Under the pieces are notes generated by a model, which ran no database searches, was not told the DNA's origin, and was given only the letters and a program-made list of their open reading frames with translations. From Candidatus Methanomethylicia archaeon (GTDB taxonomy: Archaea > Thermoproteota > Methanomethylicia > Culexarchaeales > Culexarchaeaceae): a DNA stretch of 64,000 nt. Of this stretch, positions 10,735 to 20,966 are shown piece after piece. A program made the position numbers and the translations under genes. The stretch lies in the NCBI GenBank assembly GCA_038727515.1, contig JAVYVS010000001.1, positions 416,001 to 480,000 on the forward strand. Direction: 5' to 3'. Positions within the stretch are counted from its first letter, which is position 1. Each line of letters begins with the position of its first letter.

Positions 10735-11514
10735 ATGGATTATTTGACGATTATGGTTAATAAGTTGAAGGAGAAATTACTTCGTAATGAAATTGCTTAT
10801 GGTGTTTGGATTACAATGAATTGTCCTGATATTGTTGAAGCTTTATCTATGTTGGATTTTGATTGGATGCTTATTGATATGGAGCATGCACCATTAACAA
10901 TTAGTGATGTTCAAAGATTACTGCAAGTAATAGATGAAGAAAAGATTACTCCAATAGTTAGAGTTTGGTGGAATGATTTTGTACAAATAAAACTTGCTTT
11001 AGATGTAGGAGCTATGGGCATTATGATTCCATGGATTAATAATGCTAAACAAGCTGAAGAAGCAGTTAAAGCCATAAGATATCCACCAAGGGGTATAAGA
11101 GGTTATGGTCCAAGGAGAGCTGCAAAATATGGATTAAAGTTAAAGGAGTATCTTGAAAGAGTTGATGAAGATATAATATTAATATCACAAATAGAAACTT
11201 TAGAAGCTGTAAAGAATTTAGATGAGATAATTAGTGTTGAAGGTGTAGATGCACTCTTCATAGGACCTTACGATTTAGCAACATCATTAGGATATCTTGG
11301 AAATCCACAACACTCAGAAGTTCAAAAAATAATAAGTGAAATACTCAATAAATGTTTAGAGAAGAATAAACCTATAGGGATATATAGTTCACTGGAAATG
11401 GCAGAAAAGCATAGAGATATGGGATTTAAAATGATCGCTATTGGAAGTGAAATAAATGCATTAATATCAACATTTAAAAACAAATTAAATGAATTAAAGG
11501 GCTCATCAAAATAA
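10735..11514 (+). CDS. HpcH/HpaI-family aldolase
   Basis: IDMEHAP, LDVGAMGIMIP, QIET, FIGPYDL. Confidence 0.9.
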   Translation: MDYLTIMVNKLKEKLLRNEIAYGVWITMNCPDIVEALSMLDFDWMLIDMEHAPLTISDVQRLLQVIDEEKITPIVRVWWNDFVQIKLALDVGAMGIMIPWINNAKQAEEAVKAIRYPPRGIRGYGPRRAAKYGLKLKEYLERVDEDIILISQIETLEAVKNLDEIISVEGVDALFIGPYDLATSLGYLGNPQHSEVQKIISEILNKCLEKNKPIGIYSSLEMAEKHRDMGFKMIAIGSEINALISTFKNKLNELKGSSK

Positions 11515-11550
11515 TTTTATATAAATTAATTATTTCAATAATTTTTCCAT

Positions 11551-11721
11551 TTACAAACTACGTTTCGGTATTTCATATAGTATTTGATCTTCTGAAAGAA
11601 TTAGTATACTACCACATTTTAAACATCTATAATACTTATTAACTCCATGCTCACCTTTTTGTTCACCTAGAAATTCAACTTCACCATGACTACACTTAAT
11701 CTTCTTCTCCATAGAGACCAT
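11551..11721 (-). CDS. Small putative Zn-binding protein (53-56 aa), below ORF-track cutoff
   Basis: MVSMEKKIKCSHGEVEFLGEQKGEHGVNKYYRCLKCGSILILSEDQILYEIPKRSL*; CxH...CxxC; fills an otherwise empty gap. Confidence 0.65.
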   Translation of the reverse strand: MVSMEKKIKCSHGEVEFLGEQKGEHGVNKYYRCLKCGSILILSEDQILYEIPKRSL

Positions 11722-11863
11722 GATAAAATATGAAAAACAATATTAAAAATATTCATTACTCAAAAGAGAATGTTCAAATTAGGTAAGTAAATATCTCAAA
11801 AATAAAAATGTATGTGGAGGAATTATTGAAGATTATTTACAATATTATTAAATAATTTCAAAT

Positions 11864-13462
11864 TCATTTTCGTATATGCTTCCTTAAAACTCTTCCAGGT
11901 TTTGCACCTGTATGTTTCCCATTAAATACCACTGGTACACCATTTACTATAACATGAATTATACCTGTTGGTAGTTGATGTGGATCTGTAAATATAGCGT
12001 TATCCTTTACAGTTTCTGGATTGAATACCACTATATCTGCATATGCTCCTTCACGTATTATTCCACGATCTCTAAATCCAAGTCTCCATGCTGGTAGATA
12101 AGTCATTTTTCTTATAGCTTGCTCTAAACTTATAATTTTACGTTCACGTGAATATACACCTAAAACCCTTGGGAATGTCCCATAATATCTTGGGTGAGGT
12201 TTACCTTTACCTAAAACTCCCTCCGGAGCTACTGCACTCCCATCAGATCCAACCATAACCCATGGAAGTTTCATGGCAAATTCAACATCTTCTTCACACA
12301 TACCAAAGCTTATATGTGAAACTCTACTCTCTTCATCTAATAAAAGCTTTATAACTGTATCCACGGGATTTAAACCAAGTATTCTAGATATTTCACTAAT
12401 GGTTTTCCCTAGGAATTGTTTATTCTTTTCTAAGTATGATATCATTATCCTATCCCAATAATCAGGTTCTCTCTTAGAATATCCTTCAAGATGAGCTTTG
12501 ATTTTAATTAGATCTTCAGGGTTTTTCAATCTCTCTAATAATTTTTCAGCTCCACCTTCATGAGCCCAATCTGGAAGTAATGCACTTAAACTTGTGCTTG
12601 AAGCGATGTATGGGTATTGATCTGCAGTTACATCTACACCCCTATTTCTAGCTTCTTCAATTAATTTAGCTGCATCTCTAATTTTACCCCAATTTAATTT
12701 TCCACTAGCTTTAAAATGACTAATCTCCACTGGGATTCCAGCTTCCTCCCCTATACGTATAGCTTCTTTAACAGCTTCAAGTAGAGTTGCACCTTCACCT
12801 CTAATGTGACTTGCATATATACCACCATATTGAGCTACAACTTTAGCTAATTCAATTATCTCCTCAGTTTTAGCATAACAACTTGGAGGATAAATTAAAC
12901 CTGTACTTAAACCTACAGCTCCATCCATCATAGCTTCAGCTACAAGCCTTTTCATCTCCTCCAATTCATTCCTTGTGGGTTCTCTATTTACAAAACCCAT
13001 AACATAAGATCTAACCGTAGAATGCCCTACATGGGAAGCCACATTGACAGATATACCACCCTTTTCAAGTTTATTGAAGTATTCACCCATGGTAGACCAA
13101 TCCAATTTAATTTGCCCTTCAAATTCAGGTAAAACAAATTTCTCCATGTAAACTTTCATTAAATCATTAAGTGGAGCTGCAGAACTACCACAATTACCCA
13201 CAACCTCCAATGTAACACCTTGATGAATCTTACTAATAGCTCTACCATCAACAAGCAATTCCAAATCAGAATGACTATGCATATCAATAAACCCTGGAGA
13301 AACAGCTAAACCTCTAGCATCAATAATAATCTTAGCATCCATACCCTTAGCACTACCAATAAAGGATATCTTATCATTTAAAACTCCAATATCACCATAA
13401 AACCATGGATTACCAGTACCATCAAAAATCTTTCCACCAACAATAAGTAAATCAAACTCCAT
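11864..13462 (-). CDS. N-acyl-D-amino-acid deacylase (amidohydrolase)
   Basis: PGFIDMHSHSD, GNCG, HIRGE, HPRYYGTFPRVLG. Confidence 0.92.
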   Translation of the reverse strand: MEFDLLIVGGKIFDGTGNPWFYGDIGVLNDKISFIGSAKGMDAKIIIDARGLAVSPGFIDMHSHSDLELLVDGRAISKIHQGVTLEVVGNCGSSAAPLNDLMKVYMEKFVLPEFEGQIKLDWSTMGEYFNKLEKGGISVNVASHVGHSTVRSYVMGFVNREPTRNELEEMKRLVAEAMMDGAVGLSTGLIYPPSCYAKTEEIIELAKVVAQYGGIYASHIRGEGATLLEAVKEAIRIGEEAGIPVEISHFKASGKLNWGKIRDAAKLIEEARNRGVDVTADQYPYIASSTSLSALLPDWAHEGGAEKLLERLKNPEDLIKIKAHLEGYSKREPDYWDRIMISYLEKNKQFLGKTISEISRILGLNPVDTVIKLLLDEESRVSHISFGMCEEDVEFAMKLPWVMVGSDGSAVAPEGVLGKGKPHPRYYGTFPRVLGVYSRERKIISLEQAIRKMTYLPAWRLGFRDRGIIREGAYADIVVFNPETVKDNAIFTDPHQLPTGIIHVIVNGVPVVFNGKHTGAKPGRVLRKHIRK

Positions 13463-13560
13463 ATAATATCAAACCTATATTTAAATGAGAAATATAAAAA
13501 TGATTCCATAAACAATTAAATCTCAAATATATGAATAGATTAGACCTTTACAATAAACTT

Positions 13561-15012
13561 CTATAATGGTTTACACATGTATGGACTATCCTTAAGTTTT
13601 CTATAACCTAAACGTCTATAATAACTTCTAACACCAATACCAGATAACACTAAAATCTTCTTTGCATCAAATTCCTCCATAGATATTCTTTCAGCTTCAG
13701 ATAGCAACATTGCTCCAAGACCTTTATGTTGCCATTCAATAGTTGATTTAACACCTACTGGAACTTGAGGTCCATAAACATGTAATTCTCTAACTATTGT
13801 TGTTTTAGAATTTATTTGACGTCTATGAGCTAATGGTGATGGATATCTAAGTCTAAGGAAGGCTAGTAATATATCCCTAACACTATCTTCAATAGACAAG
13901 AATACTTCAACACCACCACTAGCTTCAAATCTCTCAATAAACAACTTAATATCCTCCAATTTTGGGTATACATTTTCCTTCAACATTTTATGCCCAACTT
14001 CTCTACATCTAATACAATTACACTTTAAACCCATACTCTTCAATCTCTCATGTACAACCTCCCTTAAATGCCCTATATTAACTCCTGCTTCCACAACATT
14101 TAACGGTATATCCCTTTGAATACGCATAATCCTAACCCACCTTGGAATTCTCGGTAAAACCTTTATTAAAAGTTCAATAGCATCTTCAGTTGTAAATGGC
14201 TTATATAAACCCTTAATCCAAAGATCATAAAGTCCAGTTCCCTTAACAACTATAGTTGGATAAATCTTAAGCATATCAGGCATAAAATTTGGATCACTAA
14301 AAATAGTTTCAAAAACCTTAAGATCCATATCTAAATCACTACCTGGAAGTCCAGGCATAATATGATAACATACTTTGAATCCACAATCCTTCAATATTCT
14401 AGTAGATTCTATTGTATCCTTAACACTATGACCTCTACGAACTTTAACTAGAATATCATCAAAAATGGTTTGTACACCCAATTCAACCCTAGTACCCCCA
14501 AGCATTAACATTCTATCAGCATGTACCTCCTTCCCCCAATCAGGTCTAGTTTCAAAAGTCATCCCCACACATCTAATCTTTGCATACTCATTCCTCCTCT
14601 GAGCATATTCTAAACTAATCCATTTATCAGATCTAGGATTTGGATACCTATTCATAGCTTCTAAACACATGGTTACAAACCATTCTTGATAATCAAGAGG
14701 CATAGCTGGAAATGTTCCACCCATAATTATTAATTCAATTTTAGATGGATTATGACCTAGAGAATAATATTGATTCAATCTAGCCCTAACTTGCTCATAT
14801 GGATCATAATTAAATTCTTGAGCCCTCATTAAAGCTGGCTCCCTACCATAATAGCTCTGTGGAGTACCATATTCAGGTCCACCTGGACAATAAATACATT
14901 TACCATGTGGACATGGATATGGATGAGCCATAACGGCAACTACATTAACACCAGAAATACTCCTAATAGGCTTCTTCAAACCCTTAAAATACTCAATCAA
15001 ACTATCAAGCAT
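13561..15012 (-). CDS. elp3: tRNA U34 carboxymethyltransferase Elp3 (radical SAM + KAT)
   Basis: CPHGKCIYCPGG, MGGTF, ETRPD, RIQRDIP, RELHVYG, QHKGLG, SGIGVRSYY. Confidence 0.96.
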   Translation of the reverse strand: MLDSLIEYFKGLKKPIRSISGVNVVAVMAHPYPCPHGKCIYCPGGPEYGTPQSYYGREPALMRAQEFNYDPYEQVRARLNQYYSLGHNPSKIELIIMGGTFPAMPLDYQEWFVTMCLEAMNRYPNPRSDKWISLEYAQRRNEYAKIRCVGMTFETRPDWGKEVHADRMLMLGGTRVELGVQTIFDDILVKVRRGHSVKDTIESTRILKDCGFKVCYHIMPGLPGSDLDMDLKVFETIFSDPNFMPDMLKIYPTIVVKGTGLYDLWIKGLYKPFTTEDAIELLIKVLPRIPRWVRIMRIQRDIPLNVVEAGVNIGHLREVVHERLKSMGLKCNCIRCREVGHKMLKENVYPKLEDIKLFIERFEASGGVEVFLSIEDSVRDILLAFLRLRYPSPLAHRRQINSKTTIVRELHVYGPQVPVGVKSTIEWQHKGLGAMLLSEAERISMEEFDAKKILVLSGIGVRSYYRRLGYRKLKDSPYMCKPL

Positions 15013-15047
15013 AACAATTAAATAAATGGAATAGTGAGATAAAAGGT

Positions 15048-15767
15048 TTAAGGCTTAAATAATATAGCCACATGATTCTCAGAAAATCTAGTCTTCCTAA
15101 AACTTTTACCATAAAAATATGCTAAATGAAATTTTGAAGATCTACAAAGCCTAAGAAATTCCCTCCTAGAAAATAGATGATGGAAACGTAGATAAACACC
15201 ACCTCGAGATTTCCATGGAATATATACGTCACCATATTCTTTAACACGCCTTAAAAAACGATTAAACAACATTTTAGGAATCAATTTGAAAAATCTATAT
15301 TGATATAAAGCCCAAACACTTAAAACTAATATCCCAAACTTCCTTAAAACCCTAAAAATCTCATTTAAAGCATCAACCCTACACTTAAACAATGGAATAT
15401 GATGGATAGTAGCTAAACATAGAGCATGATCTATAGAACAAGATCTAAATGGTAGAAAGTTAATATCACATACAACTCCATTAATAAACCTATAACTCTC
15501 CCTAAACCTAACCTTAGATAAACATAATTTAACCATAACTGGAGAGATATCAACAGCTAAAACTTCACATCCCTCATTAACTAAAGCTATAGAATGTCTA
15601 CCAGAACCACAACCTAAATCAACAATTAAACCACCAAACCTAGATAAAAGATAAACTTCACTCCAAGGCTTAACCCTAGTAACATCAAATTCATATGCAA
15701 TACTACTAAAAACATCCATAACACTCCTCTTAACATTAAAAGTATAACCCATAGAATCACTCAACAC
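15048..15767 (-). CDS. Trm9/ALKBH8-like class I SAM methyltransferase (cm5U34 to mcm5U34)
   Basis: FSSIAYEFDVTRVKPW, DLGCGSGR, ATIHHI, LSVW, DVYIPW, RFHHLF match the Trm9 motif series; directly upstream of elp3. Confidence 0.75.
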   Translation of the reverse strand: MLSDSMGYTFNVKRSVMDVFSSIAYEFDVTRVKPWSEVYLLSRFGGLIVDLGCGSGRHSIALVNEGCEVLAVDISPVMVKLCLSKVRFRESYRFINGVVCDINFLPFRSCSIDHALCLATIHHIPLFKCRVDALNEIFRVLRKFGILVLSVWALYQYRFFKLIPKMLFNRFLRRVKEYGDVYIPWKSRGGVYLRFHHLFSRREFLRLCRSSKFHLAYFYGKSFRKTRFSENHVAILFKP

Positions 15768-15958
15768 CCCTTAAAAACCTTCTCTTTAAACTTCATAACA
15801 ACATAGGGGACCAATCGTTTATCATCAACCTTATACAATACTAAACCCAAGGAAAAAACAATACGCTTACCACAATTAAAACACTGAAAACTTTTAACAC
15901 CAGCCCTAACAGCCCTAACATCACCACAATAAGGACACTTAACAACTAAATAACTCAT
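15761..15958 (-). CDS. Small Zn-ribbon protein (DUF1922-like)
   Basis: CPYCG...CFNCG; overlaps the methyltransferase ORF. Confidence 0.7.
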   Translation of the reverse strand: MSYLVVKCPYCGDVRAVRAGVKSFQCFNCGKRIVFSLGLVLYKVDDKRLVPYVVMKFKEKVFKGC

Positions 15959-16017
15959 ACATATAATTAAGAAGTGAACATCATATTTAAAGGAAACGTA
16001 AATAAATTAAAAGGTGT

Positions 16018-16872
16018 ATGATGACATTAAGAGAAATAAAAAGACTTTGGCTTAGAAGCCTAGACGTAATAGGAGATATAGCAATAATAGAATTAAAACC
16101 AGAATTTAAAGACAGAAAAATTGAAGTAGCAAAGAAAATACTTGAAGAAGTAAAATACATAAAGGTTGTTGTAGAGAAGAAGAGTCCAATAAGTGGAGAC
16201 TATAGGATTATGGATTTAGAATGGCTTGCAGGAGAAAAAAGATTTACCACAATACATAGAGAATATGGATGCATATTCAAGTTAGATATATCAAAAGTAT
16301 ATTTCACACCAAGACTATCCACAGAGAGAATGAGAATAGCTGAAAAAGTTTTAGCTGGAGAAACTATAGTGAACATGTTTGCTGGAATAGGAACATACTC
16401 AATAGTAATAGCTAGAAAAGCCAAAAATAAACCATCAAAGATATATTCTATAGACATAAACCCAGAAGCACATAAATACGCCATAGAAAACATAAAATTA
16501 AACAAAGTTGAAGACATAGTAATACCATTACTTGGAGATGCAAAAGAAATTATAATGGAAAAACTAGTTGAAATAGCCGATAGAGTTCTAATGCCATACC
16601 CAGAATTAGCATTAAAATACCTACCCTATGCAATAATAGCATTAAAAGAAACTGGAGGAGTAATACATGCCTACGACTTCATAAAATACATGAAAGGAGA
16701 AAACCCAAAGGAAAAAATGAAAAGTAGATATGAAGAAGAACTTACTAAACTTGGAGTAGAATATGAAATAATAGATGTTAGAAGAACTGGAGAAGTTGCA
16801 CCAAGAGAATACAGAATGGCCATAGACATAAAAATAAACAGTAAAACTGGCTTAAGATTTCTTAAGTCATGA
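16018..16872 (+). CDS. Trm5/Taw2-family tRNA position-37 methyltransferase
   Basis: DVIGDIAII, HREYGCIFKLDISKVYFTPRLSTER, MFAGIG, DINP, DRVLMPYP. Confidence 0.85.
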   Translation: MMTLREIKRLWLRSLDVIGDIAIIELKPEFKDRKIEVAKKILEEVKYIKVVVEKKSPISGDYRIMDLEWLAGEKRFTTIHREYGCIFKLDISKVYFTPRLSTERMRIAEKVLAGETIVNMFAGIGTYSIVIARKAKNKPSKIYSIDINPEAHKYAIENIKLNKVEDIVIPLLGDAKEIIMEKLVEIADRVLMPYPELALKYLPYAIIALKETGGVIHAYDFIKYMKGENPKEKMKSRYEEELTKLGVEYEIIDVRRTGEVAPREYRMAIDIKINSKTGLRFLKS

Positions 16873-17908
16873 TTATTTGATTTATAGTTAGATTTAACAC
16901 TATTTCAGCAATATCACTTGCATATTCCCCAAATCTTCTAATACTTTCTAAAATCATCCTTATATTTGAAATCAATACCTTGTCGGTTTTCCCTCCAACA
17001 AGAGTCTTTATTATTTCATTTTCCATTGATGCTATTTTCTTAGTTTCTGATATGGTTTTTTCTGCTAGAAGATAATCCATTTTAAATAGGGATTCCACAG
17101 ATCTTTCAAATATTGATTTAACAAAGTTGCTCATATCTAAAATTTTTTGCAAAATTGATTCATCTAATTTTTCATCAATTAAAAGAACATTTCTAGATAT
17201 CTTAACCGTATGATCAGCTGCCCTTTCAACAAATTTTATCACAACTCTATAACCCAAACAATCCTTTGGATTTGAAAGTCCAATTTCTTTTAGAATTTTA
17301 TTATTTTGTACAGCAAATTTTAATTGTCTAATTATGTAAAAGCTAAAGCGATCAACTTCATCGTCTAGTTCAATTACATTCTTAGCAAGTTCTTTATCTA
17401 AATTGACCAATGCTTTAACAGCATCATTAAACATTGAAGATGTAATTAAACAAACACGTCTAAGAGCACTCTCCACAGAAAGCTCTGGATAACTGACTAA
17501 AACTTTAATTATGATTTCTTGAGATGAATCAAATATGATCTCTGTACCAACTAACTTTCTCTTTACCAATTCCCTTATAGCATTTCTTTGTGATGGAGTT
17601 ATATTATTATCATCTACAGTTTTAATTCTAATAGAGCTGTACCCATTGAGGTATATGGATATTATTGCTCTAGCAATTTTCTCCGGAGTATCATCAACAG
17701 ATATTTTGAGTATAGCTTCAGGGAAACTTATCTTTGGTTTAGCTAAATCCTTTGGAATTAAAATAAGTGATTCTCCTTCCTGAAGTATTACAATAGAACT
17801 ACCAGCTTTAAGACCCATTTCAGAAACCCATTTTTTCGGTAAAGAGACTGTATACGTTGATCCTCCAGTTAATTGAATCCGCCTTATTTCCTCATTCTCC
17901 ATAAACAC
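16862..17908 (-). CDS. AbrB-PhoU phosphate uptake regulator
   Basis: RRIQLTGGSTYTVSLPKKW AbrB-like N-terminus and two PhoU repeats (DDEVDR, ERAADH, SIRRFGEY). Confidence 0.92.
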   Translation of the reverse strand: MFMENEEIRRIQLTGGSTYTVSLPKKWVSEMGLKAGSSIVILQEGESLILIPKDLAKPKISFPEAILKISVDDTPEKIARAIISIYLNGYSSIRIKTVDDNNITPSQRNAIRELVKRKLVGTEIIFDSSQEIIIKVLVSYPELSVESALRRVCLITSSMFNDAVKALVNLDKELAKNVIELDDEVDRFSFYIIRQLKFAVQNNKILKEIGLSNPKDCLGYRVVIKFVERAADHTVKISRNVLLIDEKLDESILQKILDMSNFVKSIFERSVESLFKMDYLLAEKTISETKKIASMENEIIKTLVGGKTDKVLISNIRMILESIRRFGEYASDIAEIVLNLTINQIIMT

Positions 17909-17936
17909 TCAACCTATCTATATAGTTTACTTTCGT

Positions 17937-17966
17937 ATATATATTTTATTTTGATAAAATATATAT
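17937..17966. promoter_or_regulatory. Inverted repeat / back-to-back TATA elements in the regulator-pstS divergent promoter
   Basis: ATATATATTTTAT-tttg-ATAAAATATATAT, perfect 13-bp arms. Confidence 0.55.
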
Positions 17967-18002
17967 TTTTCCCAACAGCATAAATGCCATAGGGATTAAA
18001 AT

Positions 18003-19118
18003 ATGAAGATGATCAATAAAATCGTAATAATGGTTATGATCGCCATAATAGCAACTACAAGCTTCATAGCTTACCAAAAAATCACATTACAACAAGAAAA
18101 AGAGATATCCCTTAATGGTGCAGGTGCAACGTTCCCCTTTCCATTAATTGATAAATGGATTGCTGAATATCGTAAAGTTAATTCAAAAGTTCTAATAAAT
18201 TATCAACCTATTGGTAGTGGTGGTGGGATTAGAGCTCATATGGAAAAAACTGTACACTTTGCAGCTAGCGATGCCCCACTCAGCGATGTCCAATTTAGAA
18301 ATGCCACTGGAACACTACATATACCAATAACTATAGGAGGAGTTGTTCCAATATATAATTTACCGGGAATATCAATTTATTTAAATTTCACAGGCGAAGT
18401 CCTATCTAAGATATTCCTAGGGGAAATAAGAAGATGGAATGACCCAAGCATAAAGGCAATAAATCCTGGAGTAAACCTCCCAGACAAAGAAATAATTGTT
18501 GTCCATAGATCTGATGGTAGTGGAACTACATTTGTCTGGACTAGCTATCTTTCAGCTGTTAGCAATAAATGGAGGGAAACTGTTGGCAAAGGAACTTCCG
18601 TAAATTGGCCTATTGGAATTGGAGCTAAGGGTAATGAGGGGGTCGCCGCTTTTGTTCAGCAAACACCATATTCCATAGGTTATGTGGAATTTGCTTATGC
18701 AAAAAAGAATAACCTACTATATGGCCGTATACAAAATGCTGCTGGAGAATTCATTGAACCAAATATAGAAGCTTTCATGAAAGCTGCAGCAACCTCTGCT
18801 ATCACTCTACCAAAAGGAGATGAAAACTGGTCAAATGTTTCAATAATAGATAGCATAGTAAATAATAAAGAAGCAAAAGGAGCATATCCAATCACGAGCT
18901 TTTCCTATATACTAGTATATAAGGAGCTCAGCATTTTGCCAAACATAAATGAAGATACAGCCAAAGAACTAGTTTATTTCCTCTGGTGGATTATTCATGA
19001 TGGACAAAATTATGCAACCAGTTTATACTATGTTCCATTACCTAAAGAAATTGTTAAACAAAATGAGGAAACCATTAAGATGATGACCTTTAATGGACGG
19101 CAAATTTACAGAGGTTAA
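18003..19118 (+). CDS. pstS: Phosphate ABC transporter substrate-binding protein
   Basis: GAGATFP, GSGGG, HRSDGSGTT, GNEGV, YPI. Confidence 0.96.
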   Translation: MKMINKIVIMVMIAIIATTSFIAYQKITLQQEKEISLNGAGATFPFPLIDKWIAEYRKVNSKVLINYQPIGSGGGIRAHMEKTVHFAASDAPLSDVQFRNATGTLHIPITIGGVVPIYNLPGISIYLNFTGEVLSKIFLGEIRRWNDPSIKAINPGVNLPDKEIIVVHRSDGSGTTFVWTSYLSAVSNKWRETVGKGTSVNWPIGIGAKGNEGVAAFVQQTPYSIGYVEFAYAKKNNLLYGRIQNAAGEFIEPNIEAFMKAAATSAITLPKGDENWSNVSIIDSIVNNKEAKGAYPITSFSYILVYKELSILPNINEDTAKELVYFLWWIIHDGQNYATSLYYVPLPKEIVKQNEETIKMMTFNGRQIYRG

Positions 19119-19129
19119 TTGGTGAGAAA

Positions 19130-20131
19130 ATGAAAAATCTTAAGGAAAAAATTCCTAGTTCTATTTTTTATTACTTAAAATCACGAATATCTTCACTTTT
19201 TAAACTTTCATTAAATGGAGATTACATCTTTAAAATTTTTAGTGGTCTTATTGCATCAAGTACCATTTTGATTCTCGGTTTAATCATATACGAGTTGATT
19301 CTCGGTTCTAGACTCTCAATGGAAACCTTTGGTTTAAGATTTATAGTTGGCGTAGAATGGGATCCAGCAATAAAACGTAGCTTTGGGGCTCTACCATTAA
19401 TACTTGGTACATTAACAACTTCTGCAATAGCATTGTTAATAAGTCTTCCAATAAGCCTTGGTGTAGCTCTAGCACTCTCCGAATATATGCCAAAAAAACT
19501 TAGCTATTTCTTCTCTTTCCTTGTGGAACTTTTAGCAGCCGTTCCAAGCGTAGTTTATGGAATTTGGGGAGTATATGTTTTAATACCATTTTTGCGCGAC
19601 CATGTTTATTCAACTTTACAGATCACATTAGGCTTTATTCCATTATTCTCTGGACCTATATATGGCGGTGGAGTTTTGACTGGTGGAATACTACTTGCCA
19701 TAATGATCATACCAATTATCTCCTCAGTTTTAAGAGATCTATTTTCATTAGTTCCATCATCTATAAAGGAAGCCATTATCTCATTGGGAGCAACGAAATG
19801 GGAAACTGTAAAGATGATGATGAGTTATACACGCTCTGGGATTCTAGGTGCAACCATGCTCGGATTAGGAAGAGCTATTGGTGAAACTATGGCTATAACA
19901 ATGGTTATTGGAAACAAATTTAAGGTTTTTCCATCATCGCTCTTTGATTCTTGGTATACTATGTCAGCAATAATTGCAAACGAATTTCTAGAAGCAACAT
20001 ACGACTTATATATTAGCGCATTGATAAATGTCGGTTTAATACTCTTACTAATAAACTTGACAATAGTAATTTTAGCGAGATTGATTATTTGGCGCTCTCT
20101 TAGAATAGTTAGGGGGATAATGAGAGAATGA
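19130..20131 (+). CDS. pstC: Phosphate ABC transporter permease
   Basis: VELLAAVPSVVYG, GRAIGETMA. Confidence 0.95.
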   Translation: MKNLKEKIPSSIFYYLKSRISSLFKLSLNGDYIFKIFSGLIASSTILILGLIIYELILGSRLSMETFGLRFIVGVEWDPAIKRSFGALPLILGTLTTSAIALLISLPISLGVALALSEYMPKKLSYFFSFLVELLAAVPSVVYGIWGVYVLIPFLRDHVYSTLQITLGFIPLFSGPIYGGGVLTGGILLAIMIIPIISSVLRDLFSLVPSSIKEAIISLGATKWETVKMMMSYTRSGILGATMLGLGRAIGETMAITMVIGNKFKVFPSSLFDSWYTMSAIIANEFLEATYDLYISALINVGLILLLINLTIVILARLIIWRSLRIVRGIMRE

Positions 20132-20964
20132 AAATGACAACCCAAAAAATAAGGAAAATTAAGGATATAGTGATGCACTTCATGATATATTTGACACTTC
20201 TAATTGCTATACTCCCACTTTTTAGCGTAATGTTTGAGGTTATTAAAAGAGGATTTATGGCAATTGACTTAGACTTCTTTATTAAAACAACTCCCACAGT
20301 AGGAGAAGCTAAAGGTGGAATAGCAAATGCCATACAAGGTACGCTCATAACAATTGGGCTAGCATCTTTGATAGGGGTTCCGATAGGAGTTATTTCAGGT
20401 ATATTTCTGAGTGAATATGGAGAAAACAAATTTTCAACAATTATAAGATTCTTTAATGAAGTGCTAAATGGAGTTCCATCAATAATTATTGGAATTTTTA
20501 GCTATACCCTCATATCCCCCATCACAGGTTTTTCACTTATATCGGCATCTTTTGCTCTTGCCATAATAATGATCCCAATAGTTACAAGGACTACTGAAGA
20601 AGCCCTAAAACTCATACCAACAATGATAAGGGAAGCTGCAATAGCACTTGGAATTCCAAGATGGAAAACGATACTACACATAGTGTTGAAAGGAGCTAAG
20701 AAATCCATAATTACAGGAATACTACTTGCAATTGCTAGAATCTCCGGGGAGTCAGCGCCAATTCTTGTTACAATGGGTTATTGGAGATGGTGGTTTCACG
20801 GACTGAATAGACCAGTAGCTAACCTTGCACTAAATATCTTTCTATTTGCTAATTCACCATTTGAGAATTGGGTAACTTTAGCATGGGGATCAGCTTTGAT
20901 ACTCATCCTCATGATCCTTGGAATAAATATTATTACTAGAATGTTAATGAGGGGGAGTTTTTAG
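20128..20964 (+). CDS. pstA: Phosphate ABC transporter permease
   Basis: [25 protein letters not shown]. Confidence 0.95.
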   Translation: MKMTTQKIRKIKDIVMHFMIYLTLLIAILPLFSVMFEVIKRGFMAIDLDFFIKTTPTVGEAKGGIANAIQGTLITIGLASLIGVPIGVISGIFLSEYGENKFSTIIRFFNEVLNGVPSIIIGIFSYTLISPITGFSLISASFALAIIMIPIVTRTTEEALKLIPTMIREAAIALGIPRWKTILHIVLKGAKKSIITGILLAIARISGESAPILVTMGYWRWWFHGLNRPVANLALNIFLFANSPFENWVTLAWGSALILILMILGINIITRMLMRGSF

Positions 20965-20966
20965 TC

